Shown: positions 1 through 8,483 of the stretch, piece by piece
Layout: each line of letters opens with the position of its first letter
Numbering within the stretch: position 1 is the stretch's first letter
From: an uncultured Eubacteriales bacterium
GTDB lineage: Bacteria; Bacillota; Clostridia; Oscillospirales; UBA644
Assembly (NCBI GenBank): GCA_934438175.1
Contig: CAKSBH010000002.1
Coordinates: 156,780 to 220,779 of the forward strand
Reading direction: 5' to 3'
Length of the DNA stretch: 64,000 nt
Notes under the pieces: generated by a model
The model's input: only the letters and a program-made list of their open reading frames with translations
Told to the model about the DNA's origin: nothing
Databases searched by the model: none
Translations under genes and position numbers: made by a program

Positions 1-10
1 GAGGGATACC

Positions 11-1303
11 ATGAACAGCAACGATGTTGCCGTGACCCGGAACCTGATTTCGTTTCTGGAGAAAAGTCCGACGGCGTTTCAGGCGGTGGATCAGGTGGAG
101 GAACGTCTGAAACAGGCGGGCTTTGTGCCGCTTGCAGAGGAGATTCTGCCCGGGGGACGTTATTATGTGACCAAGAACCGTTCGGCTTTGGTGGCGTTTT
201 CCGTGCCGGAGAATGCCGATTCTTTTCAGATCGCCGCTGCCCATACGGATTCTCCGATGTTCCGTCTCAAGCCGGAATACGAAACGGAGAACGGTTTCTA
301 TGTGCGGCTGAATACGGAGCCGTACGGAGGAATGAATCTTTCCAGCTGGCTGGATCGTCCGCTGTCTGTGGCGGGGCGCGTGATCGTCCGCCGGAACGGC
401 GGGCTGGAAACCCGCAGCGTGGTGCTGAATCGGGATCTTCTGCTGATTCCCAGCGTATGCATCCATTTCAATCGCTCTGTCAACAACGGGTATTCCTATA
501 ACCCGGCGGTGGATCTGCCTCCGCTTGCCGCTTCATCGGGGCATAAGGGGGAGTTGCGGCTTCTGGTTGCCGAGGCGGCCGGTGTGTTGCCGGAGGAGAT
601 CGTGGGAAGCGACCTGTTTGTGTATAACCGTATGCCGGGAACTGTCTGGGGAACGGATGAGGAGTTCTTTTCCGCTCCGCGGATCGACGACCTGATGTGC
701 GTATACGGAATGCTGGAGGGCTTCTGTCGTGCCGGCCGGGACAAGGCCGTTTGCGTTCTTGCCGTTTTTGACAACGAAGAAACGGGAAGCGGTACCAAGC
801 AGGGGGCGGAAAGCATGTTCCTTCGCGGGGTGCTGAACCGGATCGCCTGTGCTCTCGGAAAGGATCCGGACCGGATGCTGGAATCCTCGCTGATGGTGTC
901 TGCCGATAACGGACATGCTCTGCATCCGAACCATCCGGAACTGAGTGACGGGCAGAATGCCCCGAAGATGAACGGCGGCGTGGTTCTGAAAACAAACGCA
1001 AACCAGAAATATGCCACGGACGGTGTTTCGGCGGCATTGTTTTCCGAAATCTGCGCAAAAGCCGGCGTCCCGCTTCAGGTATTTGCCAACCGGAGCGACA
1101 TCGGCGGCGGCTCGACGTTGGGAACGATTGCCGATCAGACCGTTCCGGTCAATACCGTGGACATCGGGATGGCGCAGCTTGCCATGCACTCGGCTTACGA
1201 GACGGCGGGCTGTGCGGATACGTCCCACCTGATCCGTGCCTGTGAGGCGTTTTTCAACACAGCGGTGGTCTGCCACCGGGACGGAGTTTATTCTTTGCGG
1301 TAA
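11..1303 (+). CDS. M18-family aminopeptidase
   Basis: 430-aa ORF with SD-like GAGGGA upstream. Full-length resemblance to M18 (aspartyl-type) aminopeptidases, e.g. AAHTDSP and GMAQLAMHSAYE regions. Terminator follows. Confidence 0.85.
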   Translation: MNSNDVAVTRNLISFLEKSPTAFQAVDQVEERLKQAGFVPLAEEILPGGRYYVTKNRSALVAFSVPENADSFQIAAAHTDSPMFRLKPEYETENGFYVRLNTEPYGGMNLSSWLDRPLSVAGRVIVRRNGGLETRSVVLNRDLLLIPSVCIHFNRSVNNGYSYNPAVDLPPLAASSGHKGELRLLVAEAAGVLPEEIVGSDLFVYNRMPGTVWGTDEEFFSAPRIDDLMCVYGMLEGFCRAGRDKAVCVLAVFDNEETGSGTKQGAESMFLRGVLNRIACALGKDPDRMLESSLMVSADNGHALHPNHPELSDGQNAPKMNGGVVLKTNANQKYATDGVSAALFSEICAKAGVPLQVFANRSDIGGGSTLGTIADQTVPVNTVDIGMAQLAMHSAYETAGCADTSHLIRACEAFFNTAVVCHRDGVYSLR

Positions 1304-1311
1304 AACAAGCA

Positions 1312-1349
1312 CGCCGGCAACCGGAACGGGAAGCCGGCGGCTTTTTTTC
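1312..1349 (+). terminator. intrinsic terminator
   Basis: Stem CGCCGGC (1312-1318) / GCCGGCG (1333-1339) followed by T7 (1342-1348). Confidence 0.7.
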
Positions 1350-1466
1350 GGAATGTCAAAAAGCCGCGGTTTGTCAAGGTTTTAACACAGGTTGTTCTTG
1401 AATTCCGGGAAAGAGCGTGATATAATAAAAACAAGCGGATATTCGGAGAAAGGAAGTTTGTTTTTT

Positions 1467-3359
1467 ATGAAAAAACAGTTTAAGACAGAATCCAAAAAAA
1501 TGCTGGATATGATGATCCATTCGGTGTATACCAACCGGGAGATCTTTTTGCGCGAGCTCATCTCCAATGCCAGCGACGCAATCGACAAGCGGGTGTTCGG
1601 TGCTCTGACAAACAGCGCTTCGGGGCTGGAGCGTTCGGATTATGCCATTACGATTGTCCGGGACGAGCCCGCCCGCACGCTGACCATCCGGGATAACGGC
1701 TGCGGCATGACCAGGGAAGAACTGGAAAACAACCTCGGTACCATTGCCCGCAGCGGCTCCGGACAGTTCAAAAAGGAAAACGAGGGCGCGGAGAACATCG
1801 ACATCATCGGGCAGTTCGGTGTGGGCTTCTACTCCGCCTTCATGGTGAGCGACCGTATCACCGTCCGCAGTTATGTGTACGGGGCGGATACGGGCTATCT
1901 GTGGCAGTCGGAGGGCGTGGACGGCTATACGATTGAACCGTGCGATTACCGGCAGGTCGGTTCCGAGATTGAACTGCATCTGCGTGAAGATACGGAAAAC
2001 GAAAAATACAGCGAATTTCTGGATTCGTACCGCATCGAGGGTCTGGTGCGCAAATATTCGGATTATATCCGTTATCCCATCCGGATGAGCGTGACCCGCT
2101 CCCGGCTCAAGGAGGGAACGGGAACGGACGGAAAAGAGCCGGAGTATGAATCCGTGACCGAGACGGAAACGCTCAACAGCAGGATTCCGCTGTGGCATAA
2201 AAAGCCCTCGGAGATTCAAAAGGAAGAATACAACGAGTTTTACAAGACGCATTTCTTCGATTTTGCCGACCCTGTGGATGTAATCCATTCCCGCACGGAG
2301 GGTACGGTTTCGTACGAGATGCTCCTGTTCATCCCCTCGAAGGCACCGTTTGATTATTACAGCAAGCAGTACGAAAAGGGTCTGCAGCTGTATGCTTCGG
2401 GCGTGATGATTATGGAAAAATGCGCCGACCTTCTGCCGGACTGCTTCAACTTCGTGCGCGGCGTTGTGGACAGTTCGGATCTGACACTGAACATTTCCCG
2501 CGAGACGCTGCAGCAGAATCATCAGGTGCGCGCAATCGCCCGGAATCTGGAAAAGAAGATCCGGGAGCGGTTGATGAAGCTGCAGGAAGAACAGCGGGAG
2601 AAGTATGAGGAATTCTTTGAGCAATTCGGCGTTCAGCTCAAATACGGCGCATATGCCGACTACGGGGCGAAGAAGGACGAGTTGCAGGATCTTCTTCTGT
2701 TCCGGTCTTCGCCGGAAAAGAAATATGTGACGCTGAAGGAATACGTGTCCCGGATGCCGACGGAGCAGAAATCCATTTACTATGCCACGGGCGAGACGCC
2801 CGAGCTGGCAGAAGCATTGCCCCGCACGGCGGCTGTCCGGGCGAAGGGCTATGAGGTGCTTCTTCTGACCGACGATATCGACGAATTTGTACTGCGTGTG
2901 CTGCAGAGCTATGCGGAAAAGAACTTTGTCAATGTATCCACGGAGAATCTCGACGTTTCTTCTGCCGAAGAAAAGGACGCGCTGAAAAAAGAAAACGAAG
3001 ACAGCAAGGATCTTCTGGCTTTTATGAAGGATACGCTGGGAGACGAGGTGAGCGCTGTGCGGTTCTCCAATACCGTCGGTACGCATCCGGTCAATCTGTC
3101 TTCCGAGGGCGAACTTTCCGCCGAAATGGCAAAGGTTCTCAACCGGATGCCGGGCTCCGGCGACCGTGCCAAAGCGCAGTTGGTGCTGGAAATCAACATG
3201 AACCATCCGGTTGCGGAAAAACTGCGTACGCTGTATGCGACAGATCGCGACCGGACGTCTGTATATGCGAGGATTCTGTACAATCAGGCACGTTTGATCT
3301 GCGGACTTCCGGTTCAGGATCCGGGAGCGCTGGCAGACCTTGTGGTGGGGCTGATGTGA
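1467..3359 (+). CDS. htpG: molecular chaperone HtpG (Hsp90)
   Basis: Hsp90 ATPase signature YTNREIFLRELISNASDAIDK. Start moved to ATG 1467 (MKKQFK...) because GGAGAAAGGAAG lies upstream. The track ORF start at 1392 has no SD. Confidence 0.95.
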   Translation: MKKQFKTESKKMLDMMIHSVYTNREIFLRELISNASDAIDKRVFGALTNSASGLERSDYAITIVRDEPARTLTIRDNGCGMTREELENNLGTIARSGSGQFKKENEGAENIDIIGQFGVGFYSAFMVSDRITVRSYVYGADTGYLWQSEGVDGYTIEPCDYRQVGSEIELHLREDTENEKYSEFLDSYRIEGLVRKYSDYIRYPIRMSVTRSRLKEGTGTDGKEPEYESVTETETLNSRIPLWHKKPSEIQKEEYNEFYKTHFFDFADPVDVIHSRTEGTVSYEMLLFIPSKAPFDYYSKQYEKGLQLYASGVMIMEKCADLLPDCFNFVRGVVDSSDLTLNISRETLQQNHQVRAIARNLEKKIRERLMKLQEEQREKYEEFFEQFGVQLKYGAYADYGAKKDELQDLLLFRSSPEKKYVTLKEYVSRMPTEQKSIYYATGETPELAEALPRTAAVRAKGYEVLLLTDDIDEFVLRVLQSYAEKNFVNVSTENLDVSSAEEKDALKKENEDSKDLLAFMKDTLGDEVSAVRFSNTVGTHPVNLSSEGELSAEMAKVLNRMPGSGDRAKAQLVLEINMNHPVAEKLRTLYATDRDRTSVYARILYNQARLICGLPVQDPGALADLVVGLM

Positions 3360-3364
3360 GAAAG

Positions 3365-3398
3365 AGTGCGGATGGAAACATCCGCACTTGACTTTTTG
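3365..3398 (+). terminator. intrinsic terminator after htpG
   Basis: AGTGCGGATG (3365-3374) / CATCCGCACT (3379-3388), then T5 (3393-3397). Confidence 0.7.
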
Positions 3399-3416
3399 CT
3401 TCGGCTTTGTTATAAT
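3388..3416 (+). promoter_or_regulatory. sigma-A type promoter
   Basis: TTGACT (3388-3393), 17-nt spacer, TATAAT (3411-3416). Confidence 0.45.
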
Positions 3417-3508
3417 TTCTCTGCGGATACGTTGCGGTGGGACACCCTGCCCGCCGTCCATGGCACGAGGTGGCGTATGCGTGGAATTCAGAGAAAGAGG
3501 GTAGAAAA

Positions 3509-3991
3509 ATGAAGAGATCGGCAAAGATTACAGCGTTACTGCTCGCGATTGTTCTGGCGTTGGCAGTTTTCTGCAGCTGCACGCCCGCAAAGAACCCGGA
3601 GAATCCGTCTCCGTCTTCCGGAACGGGAGATCCGGCACAGTCGTCGGCAACGAAAACGCTTTGGGATGATGCAACCTATACCGAGGACCGTGCCTTCGGT
3701 TCCGGCTCCAAAACGGTGCAGGTGGAAGTGAAGGTGGACAGCCATTCGGTAACGTTTACGCTGCATACCGATGCGGAGAAGCTGGGAGAAGCTCTTCTGG
3801 CGGAAAACCTGATTGCCGGAGAAGAATCCGCTTACGGGCTTTATGTAAAAACCGTCAACGGCATGCTGGCAGATTACGATACGGACAAGACGTATTGGGC
3901 GTTTTATAAAAACGGCGAATACATGTCGGTCGGCGTAGACGCCGCTGTCATTGCAGACGGCGAACATTACGAATTGGTTCTGGCAAAATAA
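3509..3991 (+). CDS. DUF4430-like secreted/lipoprotein
   Basis: Start at ATG 3509 (MKRSAKITALLLAIVLALAVFCSC, a signal peptide with Cys). The C-terminal YGLYVKTVNG...YWAFYKNGEY...GEHYELV pattern is typical of DUF4430 (transcobalamin-like fold). Confidence 0.75.
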   Translation: MKRSAKITALLLAIVLALAVFCSCTPAKNPENPSPSSGTGDPAQSSATKTLWDDATYTEDRAFGSGSKTVQVEVKVDSHSVTFTLHTDAEKLGEALLAENLIAGEESAYGLYVKTVNGMLADYDTDKTYWAFYKNGEYMSVGVDAAVIADGEHYELVLAK

Positions 3992-4002
3992 AAGAAAGAA
4001 TC

Positions 4003-4052
4003 AAAAAAAATCCGGCTCTTTTGCGCTGTGCCCGCAAAAGAGCCGGATTTTA
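4003..4052. terminator. bidirectional terminator between convergent genes
   Basis: 16-bp stem TCCGGCTCTTTTGCG.. (4011-4026) / ..CGCAAAAGAGCCGGA (4033-4048), flanked by A8 on the left and T4 on the right. Confidence 0.75.
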
Positions 4053-4652
4053 CTTGGAAAGAAAGACGTTTACGGTGTCGTAGACCCGCTGCGGATCCGG
4101 AATGTCGGCGAAGGCGGTCTGTACCTCCGACGGAAGCCCTGTTCCCGGTCTTCCCGAAAAAGCGGTCGCTGCCATGGATTCCGCGGCATCGCGGTACGCC
4201 CCCGGCAGAAAGCGCAGGGTTCCGGTTCCGTCTCCGTGAAGATCCATCTGAACGGAGGTGATGCTGCTGTAGCGGCATTCCCGTACGCACGTCTTTTTGC
4301 CGGTTCCGACAATCAGAACCCGACGGTTCGTGACGGCATAGACGGTTGTGCGGCGCAGTTCGTTTTCCGAAATGCCTTCTCCGAATGTGACAAACAGTCC
4401 CACAACCATGAACGGAATGGCGAACAGAGCCATGAGAGGAAATGCCTGAGATGCCACGACCGCCCACAAAACGGCAAAGCCGAAAAAGAAAAGCCCGAAG
4501 ATGCGGCGAAACAGGTTGCCCGGCTTCGGGCGTGCTTTCCGGGACGGTCTGCCGCACCATAAAAGCGATTCGTCTTCGGCAAGAAAGGGGCGGAGTGTCC
4601 GGCGGAGGTCTTCCTCTTCGCGTTCGCGGTCAACCCCGGATGAGTCGTTCAT
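4050..4652 (-). CDS. membrane protein with bacterial PH (DUF304-like) domain
   Basis: 200 aa with AAGGAG SD. Acidic N-terminus, two TM helices (IFGLFFFGFAVLWAVV, LFAIPFMVVGLFVTF), then a YAVTNRRVLIV... PH-like segment. Confidence 0.7.
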   Translation of the reverse strand: MNDSSGVDREREEEDLRRTLRPFLAEDESLLWCGRPSRKARPKPGNLFRRIFGLFFFGFAVLWAVVASQAFPLMALFAIPFMVVGLFVTFGEGISENELRRTTVYAVTNRRVLIVGTGKKTCVRECRYSSITSVQMDLHGDGTGTLRFLPGAYRDAAESMAATAFSGRPGTGLPSEVQTAFADIPDPQRVYDTVNVFLSK

Positions 4653-4731
4653 GGAAAAAAACTCCTTTGTTTTTTGATGAAATCAGTATACCATAGACAT
4701 AGAAAAAATGCAATCCTGCCACCAATCGTTC

Positions 4732-4760
4732 TTGACAATTTTTTGCAGAAGTTTTATAAT
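4732..4760 (+). promoter_or_regulatory. sigma-A type promoter of psuK-psuG
   Basis: TTGACA (4732-4737), 17-nt spacer, TATAAT (4755-4760). Confidence 0.6.
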
Positions 4761-4787
4761 GAAAAAAAACGGAGAGGCGGAACCCGG

Positions 4788-5705
4788 ATGAGATTTTCTG
4801 TAATCGGCGCGGCGAACGTGGACATCGGAGCGCGCTGCGCGCACGGTTTTATCCCCGGCGATTCCAACATCGGAAAAATTACCGTGACCTACGGCGGCGT
4901 AGCCCGAAACGTTGCGCAGGATCTTCGCCTGCTCGGGCATGAGGTGTCCCTGCTTGCCGCCTTTGGGAACGATGCGTTCGGCGCGGCGGTATATGACGAT
5001 TGTGTCAAAGCCGGGCTGGATCTTTCGCACGCATGGCGGGGAGAGGGAACCTCGTCGGCTTATGTTTTTGTTTGCGACAACGAGGGCGAGATGCGTGTCG
5101 CCGTATCGGATATGGACATCGCCGGGCAGATCACACCGTCGTTTCTGGAACGGAACCGTGCGTTCTGGGATTCTGCCGATGCCGTGGTTTTTGAGACGAA
5201 CCTGTCGCAGGATTCCGTTGGGGCGCTGGTGCGCATGGCGTCGGCTCCGCTGTATGTCGATACGGTTTCGTGCGAAAAGGCAAAAAAGTTGCTTCCCGTT
5301 CTGCAGGCGGGACTGGGGAAAAAGATCCATTCGCTGAAGACCAACGTGGCGGAGGCGCAGGTTCTGACGGGCGGCAGAATCCGGGACGGCAAAGATGCGC
5401 TGCTTGCGGCGGAAGTTTTGCAGGAAACCGGAATCGGAAGATGCTATCTGACGGCGGGGAAACACGGCGTTTATGTGGCGACAGCGGAGGAATCGTTTGT
5501 GCTTCCCGCCCCGGAAGTGACGGTCGTCAGTGCTACGGGTGCCGGCGATGCGTTTCTTGCCGGTGTGGCGGACGGTGCCGGGGAGAGTGCGAGGGTGTGT
5601 GCCATGCGGGGCATGGCGGTGAGCACCGTGACCCTGGCGGCGCCGGGCGCCGTAAATACGGAACTGTGCCGGGATCGGCTTCAGAATACAGAAGGAAGGA
5701 ATTGA
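4788..5705 (+). CDS. psuK: PfkB-family carbohydrate kinase, probable pseudouridine kinase
   Basis: Start ATG 4788 (MRFSVIGAANVDI...) after GGAGAGG. PfkB motifs include the C-terminal TGAGDAF. Sits directly upstream of psuG. Confidence 0.75.
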   Translation: MRFSVIGAANVDIGARCAHGFIPGDSNIGKITVTYGGVARNVAQDLRLLGHEVSLLAAFGNDAFGAAVYDDCVKAGLDLSHAWRGEGTSSAYVFVCDNEGEMRVAVSDMDIAGQITPSFLERNRAFWDSADAVVFETNLSQDSVGALVRMASAPLYVDTVSCEKAKKLLPVLQAGLGKKIHSLKTNVAEAQVLTGGRIRDGKDALLAAEVLQETGIGRCYLTAGKHGVYVATAEESFVLPAPEVTVVSATGAGDAFLAGVADGAGESARVCAMRGMAVSTVTLAAPGAVNTELCRDRLQNTEGRN

Positions 5706-5709
5706 GAAT

Positions 5710-6627
5710 ATGAATCAGTATCTGGATGTTGCACCGGAGGTCGCGGAAGCGCTCCGGCAGAATCGACCGGTGGTGGCGTTGGAATCCACCATCATTTCGC
5801 ACGGAATGCCGTATCCGCAGAATGTGCAGACGGCGCTGACTGTGGAGAAGACCATCCGGGAAAACGGAGCGGTTCCCGCAACCATCGCCGTGATCGGCGG
5901 TCGGCTCAAGGCGGGTTGCTCGGCGGAAGAAATCGAATATCTGGGAAAACAGGGACAGGCGGTTACCAAGGCATCCCGCCGGGATCTGCCGGTTCTTGTT
6001 GCCCGGAAGGCGGACGGTGCCACAACCGTGACGACAACGATGATGATTGCACATATGGCGGGCATTGACGTCTTTGCTACGGGCGGCATCGGCGGCGTTC
6101 ACCGCGGTGCGGAAACGACCATGGACATTTCCGCAGACCTGGAAGAGCTCGCCATGACTCCGGTTATGGTAATCTGCGCCGGGGCGAAATCCATTCTGGA
6201 TCTGGGGCTGACGCTGGAATACCTGGAAACAAAGGGGGTTCCGGTCATCGGTTACGGAACGGAGGAATTGCCTGCTTTCTATACGCGCAGAAGCGGGTTT
6301 AAGGTGGATTACCGCATCGACACGCCGGAGGATCTGGCGGCGGCGTTTTCCGCACAGCGCAATATGGGTCTGCGGGGCGGTATGCTGGTGACCAACCCCA
6401 TTCCGGAGCCCTACTCGATGGATCCCGATGTCATCAACCGGGCAATCGACGAGGCCGTGGCGGAAGCCCGTGCAAAGGGAATCCACGGCAAAGCGACCAC
6501 GCCGTTTTTGCTGGCGAAAATCAAGGATCTGACCGGCGGCGACAGCCTGGATGCGAACATTCAGCTGGTGCTGAACAATGCGCGGCTTGCGGCAAAAACC
6601 GCTGCGGCACTGTGTGCGAATCATTGA
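5710..6627 (+). CDS. psuG: pseudouridine-5'-phosphate glycosidase
   Basis: 305 aa. N-terminal VVALESTIISHGMPYPQN and overall PsuG/YeiN-like sequence. Confidence 0.92.
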   Translation: MNQYLDVAPEVAEALRQNRPVVALESTIISHGMPYPQNVQTALTVEKTIRENGAVPATIAVIGGRLKAGCSAEEIEYLGKQGQAVTKASRRDLPVLVARKADGATTVTTTMMIAHMAGIDVFATGGIGGVHRGAETTMDISADLEELAMTPVMVICAGAKSILDLGLTLEYLETKGVPVIGYGTEELPAFYTRRSGFKVDYRIDTPEDLAAAFSAQRNMGLRGGMLVTNPIPEPYSMDPDVINRAIDEAVAEARAKGIHGKATTPFLLAKIKDLTGGDSLDANIQLVLNNARLAAKTAAALCANH

Positions 6628-6641
6628 ATCGGTTCAAAAAG

Positions 6642-6670
6642 AGGCGACGGAAAAACCCGTCGCCTTTTTT
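6642..6670. terminator. bidirectional terminator (psuG / xre)
   Basis: AGGCGACGG (6642-6650) / CCGTCGCCT (6657-6665) with A-run before and T6 after. Overlaps the stop codon of the minus-strand gene. Confidence 0.75.
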
Positions 6671-7004
6671 ATTCGTTTGTCGTTTCGGAAGACGGATTGG
6701 CTCTTTGCTGTGAAAGCGGGCCGTCTTCCTGCCAAAGACCGTATTTCTTTATCAGATCCCGGATTTCGGCGAGGCATTTGCGCGCGTTTTCGTACGGATA
6801 CGTGCTCGGCTTCAGTCCAAGCAGCTCTGCCGGGTCCAGAAAAAGGATCTCGCAGATGCGTTTCAGCTGATCCAGACTCGGTTGCTGCAGCCCCCGTTCA
6901 ATTTTGGAGTAATTGGACTGATTCATCGGAATTTGTATTGCGACCTCGCGTTGTGAGAGGTCAAGGTCTTCGCGGGCATTGCGGATCTTTTCTCCGATTT
7001 CCAT
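6669..7004 (-). CDS. XRE-family helix-turn-helix transcriptional regulator
   Basis: 111 aa with AAGGAG SD. HTH_3 pattern IRNAREDLDLSQREVA...NQSNYSKIERG. Confidence 0.85.
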   Translation of the reverse strand: MEIGEKIRNAREDLDLSQREVAIQIPMNQSNYSKIERGLQQPSLDQLKRICEILFLDPAELLGLKPSTYPYENARKCLAEIRDLIKKYGLWQEDGPLSQQRANPSSETTNE

Positions 7005-7042
7005 GGCTGCAGTCTCCTTGAACCCATTTTCTTTTTTGGTAT

Positions 7043-7051
7043 ATTATAGCA
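7043..7051 (-). promoter_or_regulatory. extended -10 promoter of the XRE gene
   Basis: Minus strand reads TGcTATAAT (plus 7051..7043). No good -35 element. Confidence 0.45.
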
Positions 7052-7067
7052 TTTTTAACGGAAAGGG

Positions 7068-7096
7068 TTGACAAAATGTTGAAAATATACTATAAT
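7068..7096 (+). promoter_or_regulatory. orphan consensus sigma-A promoter (no downstream plus-strand gene)
   Basis: TTGACA (7068-7073), 17-nt spacer, TATAAT (7091-7096). Divergent from and overlapping the XRE promoter region. Confidence 0.55.
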
Positions 7097-7172
7097 TAAA
7101 ATAGGTTAGGTAGAAAACAACTATTTTATTCTGCTTTTTGGTAAAAAAGCGTTTGTTTGAAAGAAAAAATGA

Positions 7173-7216
7173 AAACAGAGAAAAAACGGGGGATTCCGGT
7201 TCTTCTCTGTTTTTTT
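7173..7216. terminator. bidirectional terminator (spo0A 3' end / orphan transcript)
   Basis: AAACAGAGAA (7173-7182) / TTCTCTGTTT (7203-7212). T-run continues to 7216 on plus. The minus strand has TTTTCATTTTTT after the stem. Confidence 0.6.
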
Positions 7217-7300
7217 GTGCAGGAAAAGGGGGCACTGCCCTTGGGCGGTGTCGAAACTTCTTCGGTTCGGGCTCAGAACCCCGATTTTTTCTGAGAGTTT

Positions 7301-8128
7301 TCAGAACCGGTATGCCGGCATGGTGGAGGAAGTTTTGTTTTTCAGCCGCAAACGGTCTGCAATCATGGCAATGAATTCGCTGTTGGTCGGTTTTCCGCGG
7401 TTGCTGTTGATGGAATAGCCGAAAATGGAGGTCAGGGTATCTACGTTTCCCCGATCCCATGCCACTTCGATGGCGTGTCGGATTGCCCGTTCCACACGGG
7501 AAGCCGAGGTTCCGAATTGTTTGGCAATGGTGGGATAAATAATCTTTGTTACCGCATTGATGGTGTCCGGCTCTTCGGTGGCGAGAATGATGGCTGCCCG
7601 GACGTAATGGTATCCCTTGACGTGGGCGGGAATTCCGATTTCCAGAATGATTGCCGTGACCTGTTCTTCAATATCCGAAGCAATGGGTGTGGAAAGGATG
7701 GACTGCGGCGCGGCGGCGTTGGCTGCCGATGACGGTTTTCCGCACAATTGGAACAGACGTTCACTGAGAATATCATAATTCACGGGTTTGACCAGGTAAT
7801 AGGACGCGCCGAGATGCATCATTTCTTTGATGATGACATCGCTGGTGATGGAGGACGCCACCACATACCGGATCCGTTTTGTTGTGCGGATGGAGAGTGC
7901 TTCTTTGAGAAACGCAATTCCGTCTGTCTTTGCGTGGATAATGTCGAAGATAACAACATCCGGTTGCTTGGTCCGAATGCATTCCAAAGCGGTTTTGGGA
8001 TCTCCGGTCGATTCCACAATACGGAAGCCGTTTCCCGTAAGCATGTCCCGTGTGGTTTGTCGGAAGTCCGAAGAATCGTCCAGAACCAATACCGTGATTT
8101 TTCCCTCGTTGTTTTCGTTCCCTTTCAA
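7301..8128 (-). CDS. spo0A: sporulation master regulator Spo0A
   Basis: Receiver domain (ITVLVLDDS...DVVIFDIIHAKTDG) plus the Spo0A-specific C-terminal DNA-binding domain (SRVERAIRHAIEVAWDRG...NSEFIAMIADRL). TTG start at 8128, 8 nt after GGGAGGT. Confidence 0.95.
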   Translation of the reverse strand: MKGNENNEGKITVLVLDDSSDFRQTTRDMLTGNGFRIVESTGDPKTALECIRTKQPDVVIFDIIHAKTDGIAFLKEALSIRTTKRIRYVVASSITSDVIIKEMMHLGASYYLVKPVNYDILSERLFQLCGKPSSAANAAAPQSILSTPIASDIEEQVTAIILEIGIPAHVKGYHYVRAAIILATEEPDTINAVTKIIYPTIAKQFGTSASRVERAIRHAIEVAWDRGNVDTLTSIFGYSINSNRGKPTNSEFIAMIADRLRLKNKTSSTMPAYRF

Positions 8129-8175
8129 GATTTTTTACCTCCCTGTGGCTGCGAGCCGGTGGATTTTATGGAAAT

Positions 8176-8204
8176 ATTATACAACACTGACCGATAAATT
8201 TCAA
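8176..8204 (-). promoter_or_regulatory. sigma-A type promoter upstream of spo0A
   Basis: Minus strand TTGAAA (8204..8199), 17-nt spacer, TATAAT (8181..8176). Confidence 0.45.
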
Positions 8205-8418
8205 GAATAATTTTGACAAATATGCAACAAACTTATCGACAGGAAAACCGTTATTTTCTCCGTTCTTGCAATTTTCTGTCGCATTCCAACAAAAAGTGCG
8301 AACTTAAATAAAATAATTCTGTTCTATGTTTCGGTTTGCCCTCTTGAAAGATGTGGCAGATTTCGGAAGATTTTAAGAACTTCGGTTTTGGTTCCGGGAT
8401 GAAAAATTGCGTAAAAGA

Positions 8419-8447
8419 TTGAAAAATGTCCGGATCTGTGCTATACT
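8419..8447 (+). promoter_or_regulatory. sigma-A type promoter of ABC-F gene
   Basis: TTGAAA (8419-8424), 17-nt spacer, TATACT (8442-8447). Confidence 0.5.
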
Positions 8448-8483
8448 GAAAAAAGACACAAAAATAAGAAAGGAAAGGGTTTT

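Noticed and set aside
1304-1466. Heat-shock operator upstream of htpG (CIRCE or CtsR box). Two GTCAA(A/G) motifs lie at ~1354 and ~1372.
   Set aside because: There is no TTAGCACTC-N9-GAGTGCTAA inverted repeat. The GTCAA repeats are 14 nt apart rather than the 3-nt spacing of CtsR heptads. Only a TTGAAT-17-TATAAT promoter is evident.
3417-3508. Cobalamin riboswitch upstream of the DUF4430 (transcobalamin-like) gene.
   Set aside because: The leader is only ~90 nt and lacks a B12 box (GCCACTG-like) or the multi-helix core.
1374-3524. 716-aa minus-strand ORF antisense to htpG. Similar very long antisense ORFs occur at 9018-10472, 24507-26042, 25844-28642, 31731-33482, 33733-35583, 35556-37142, 37139-38674, 38616-39908, 39905-41494, 41491-42843, 47305-49569, 49251-50918, 56655-58988, 59004-61472 and 60503-62494.
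   Set aside because: Each overlaps a gene with unmistakable family motifs on the other strand. Their translations are Arg/His/Pro/Gly-rich with low complexity and lack SD sequences. These are typical stop-codon-poor shadow frames of a high-GC genome.
7138-7460. Track ORFs 7138-7374 (+), 7215-7418 (+) and 7044-7460 (-), plus a 41-codon ATG frame at 7169, in the xre-spo0A spacer.
   Set aside because: They have no SD, overlap terminator hairpins and the spo0A 3' end, and have low-complexity translations. The region is better explained by promoter and terminator elements.
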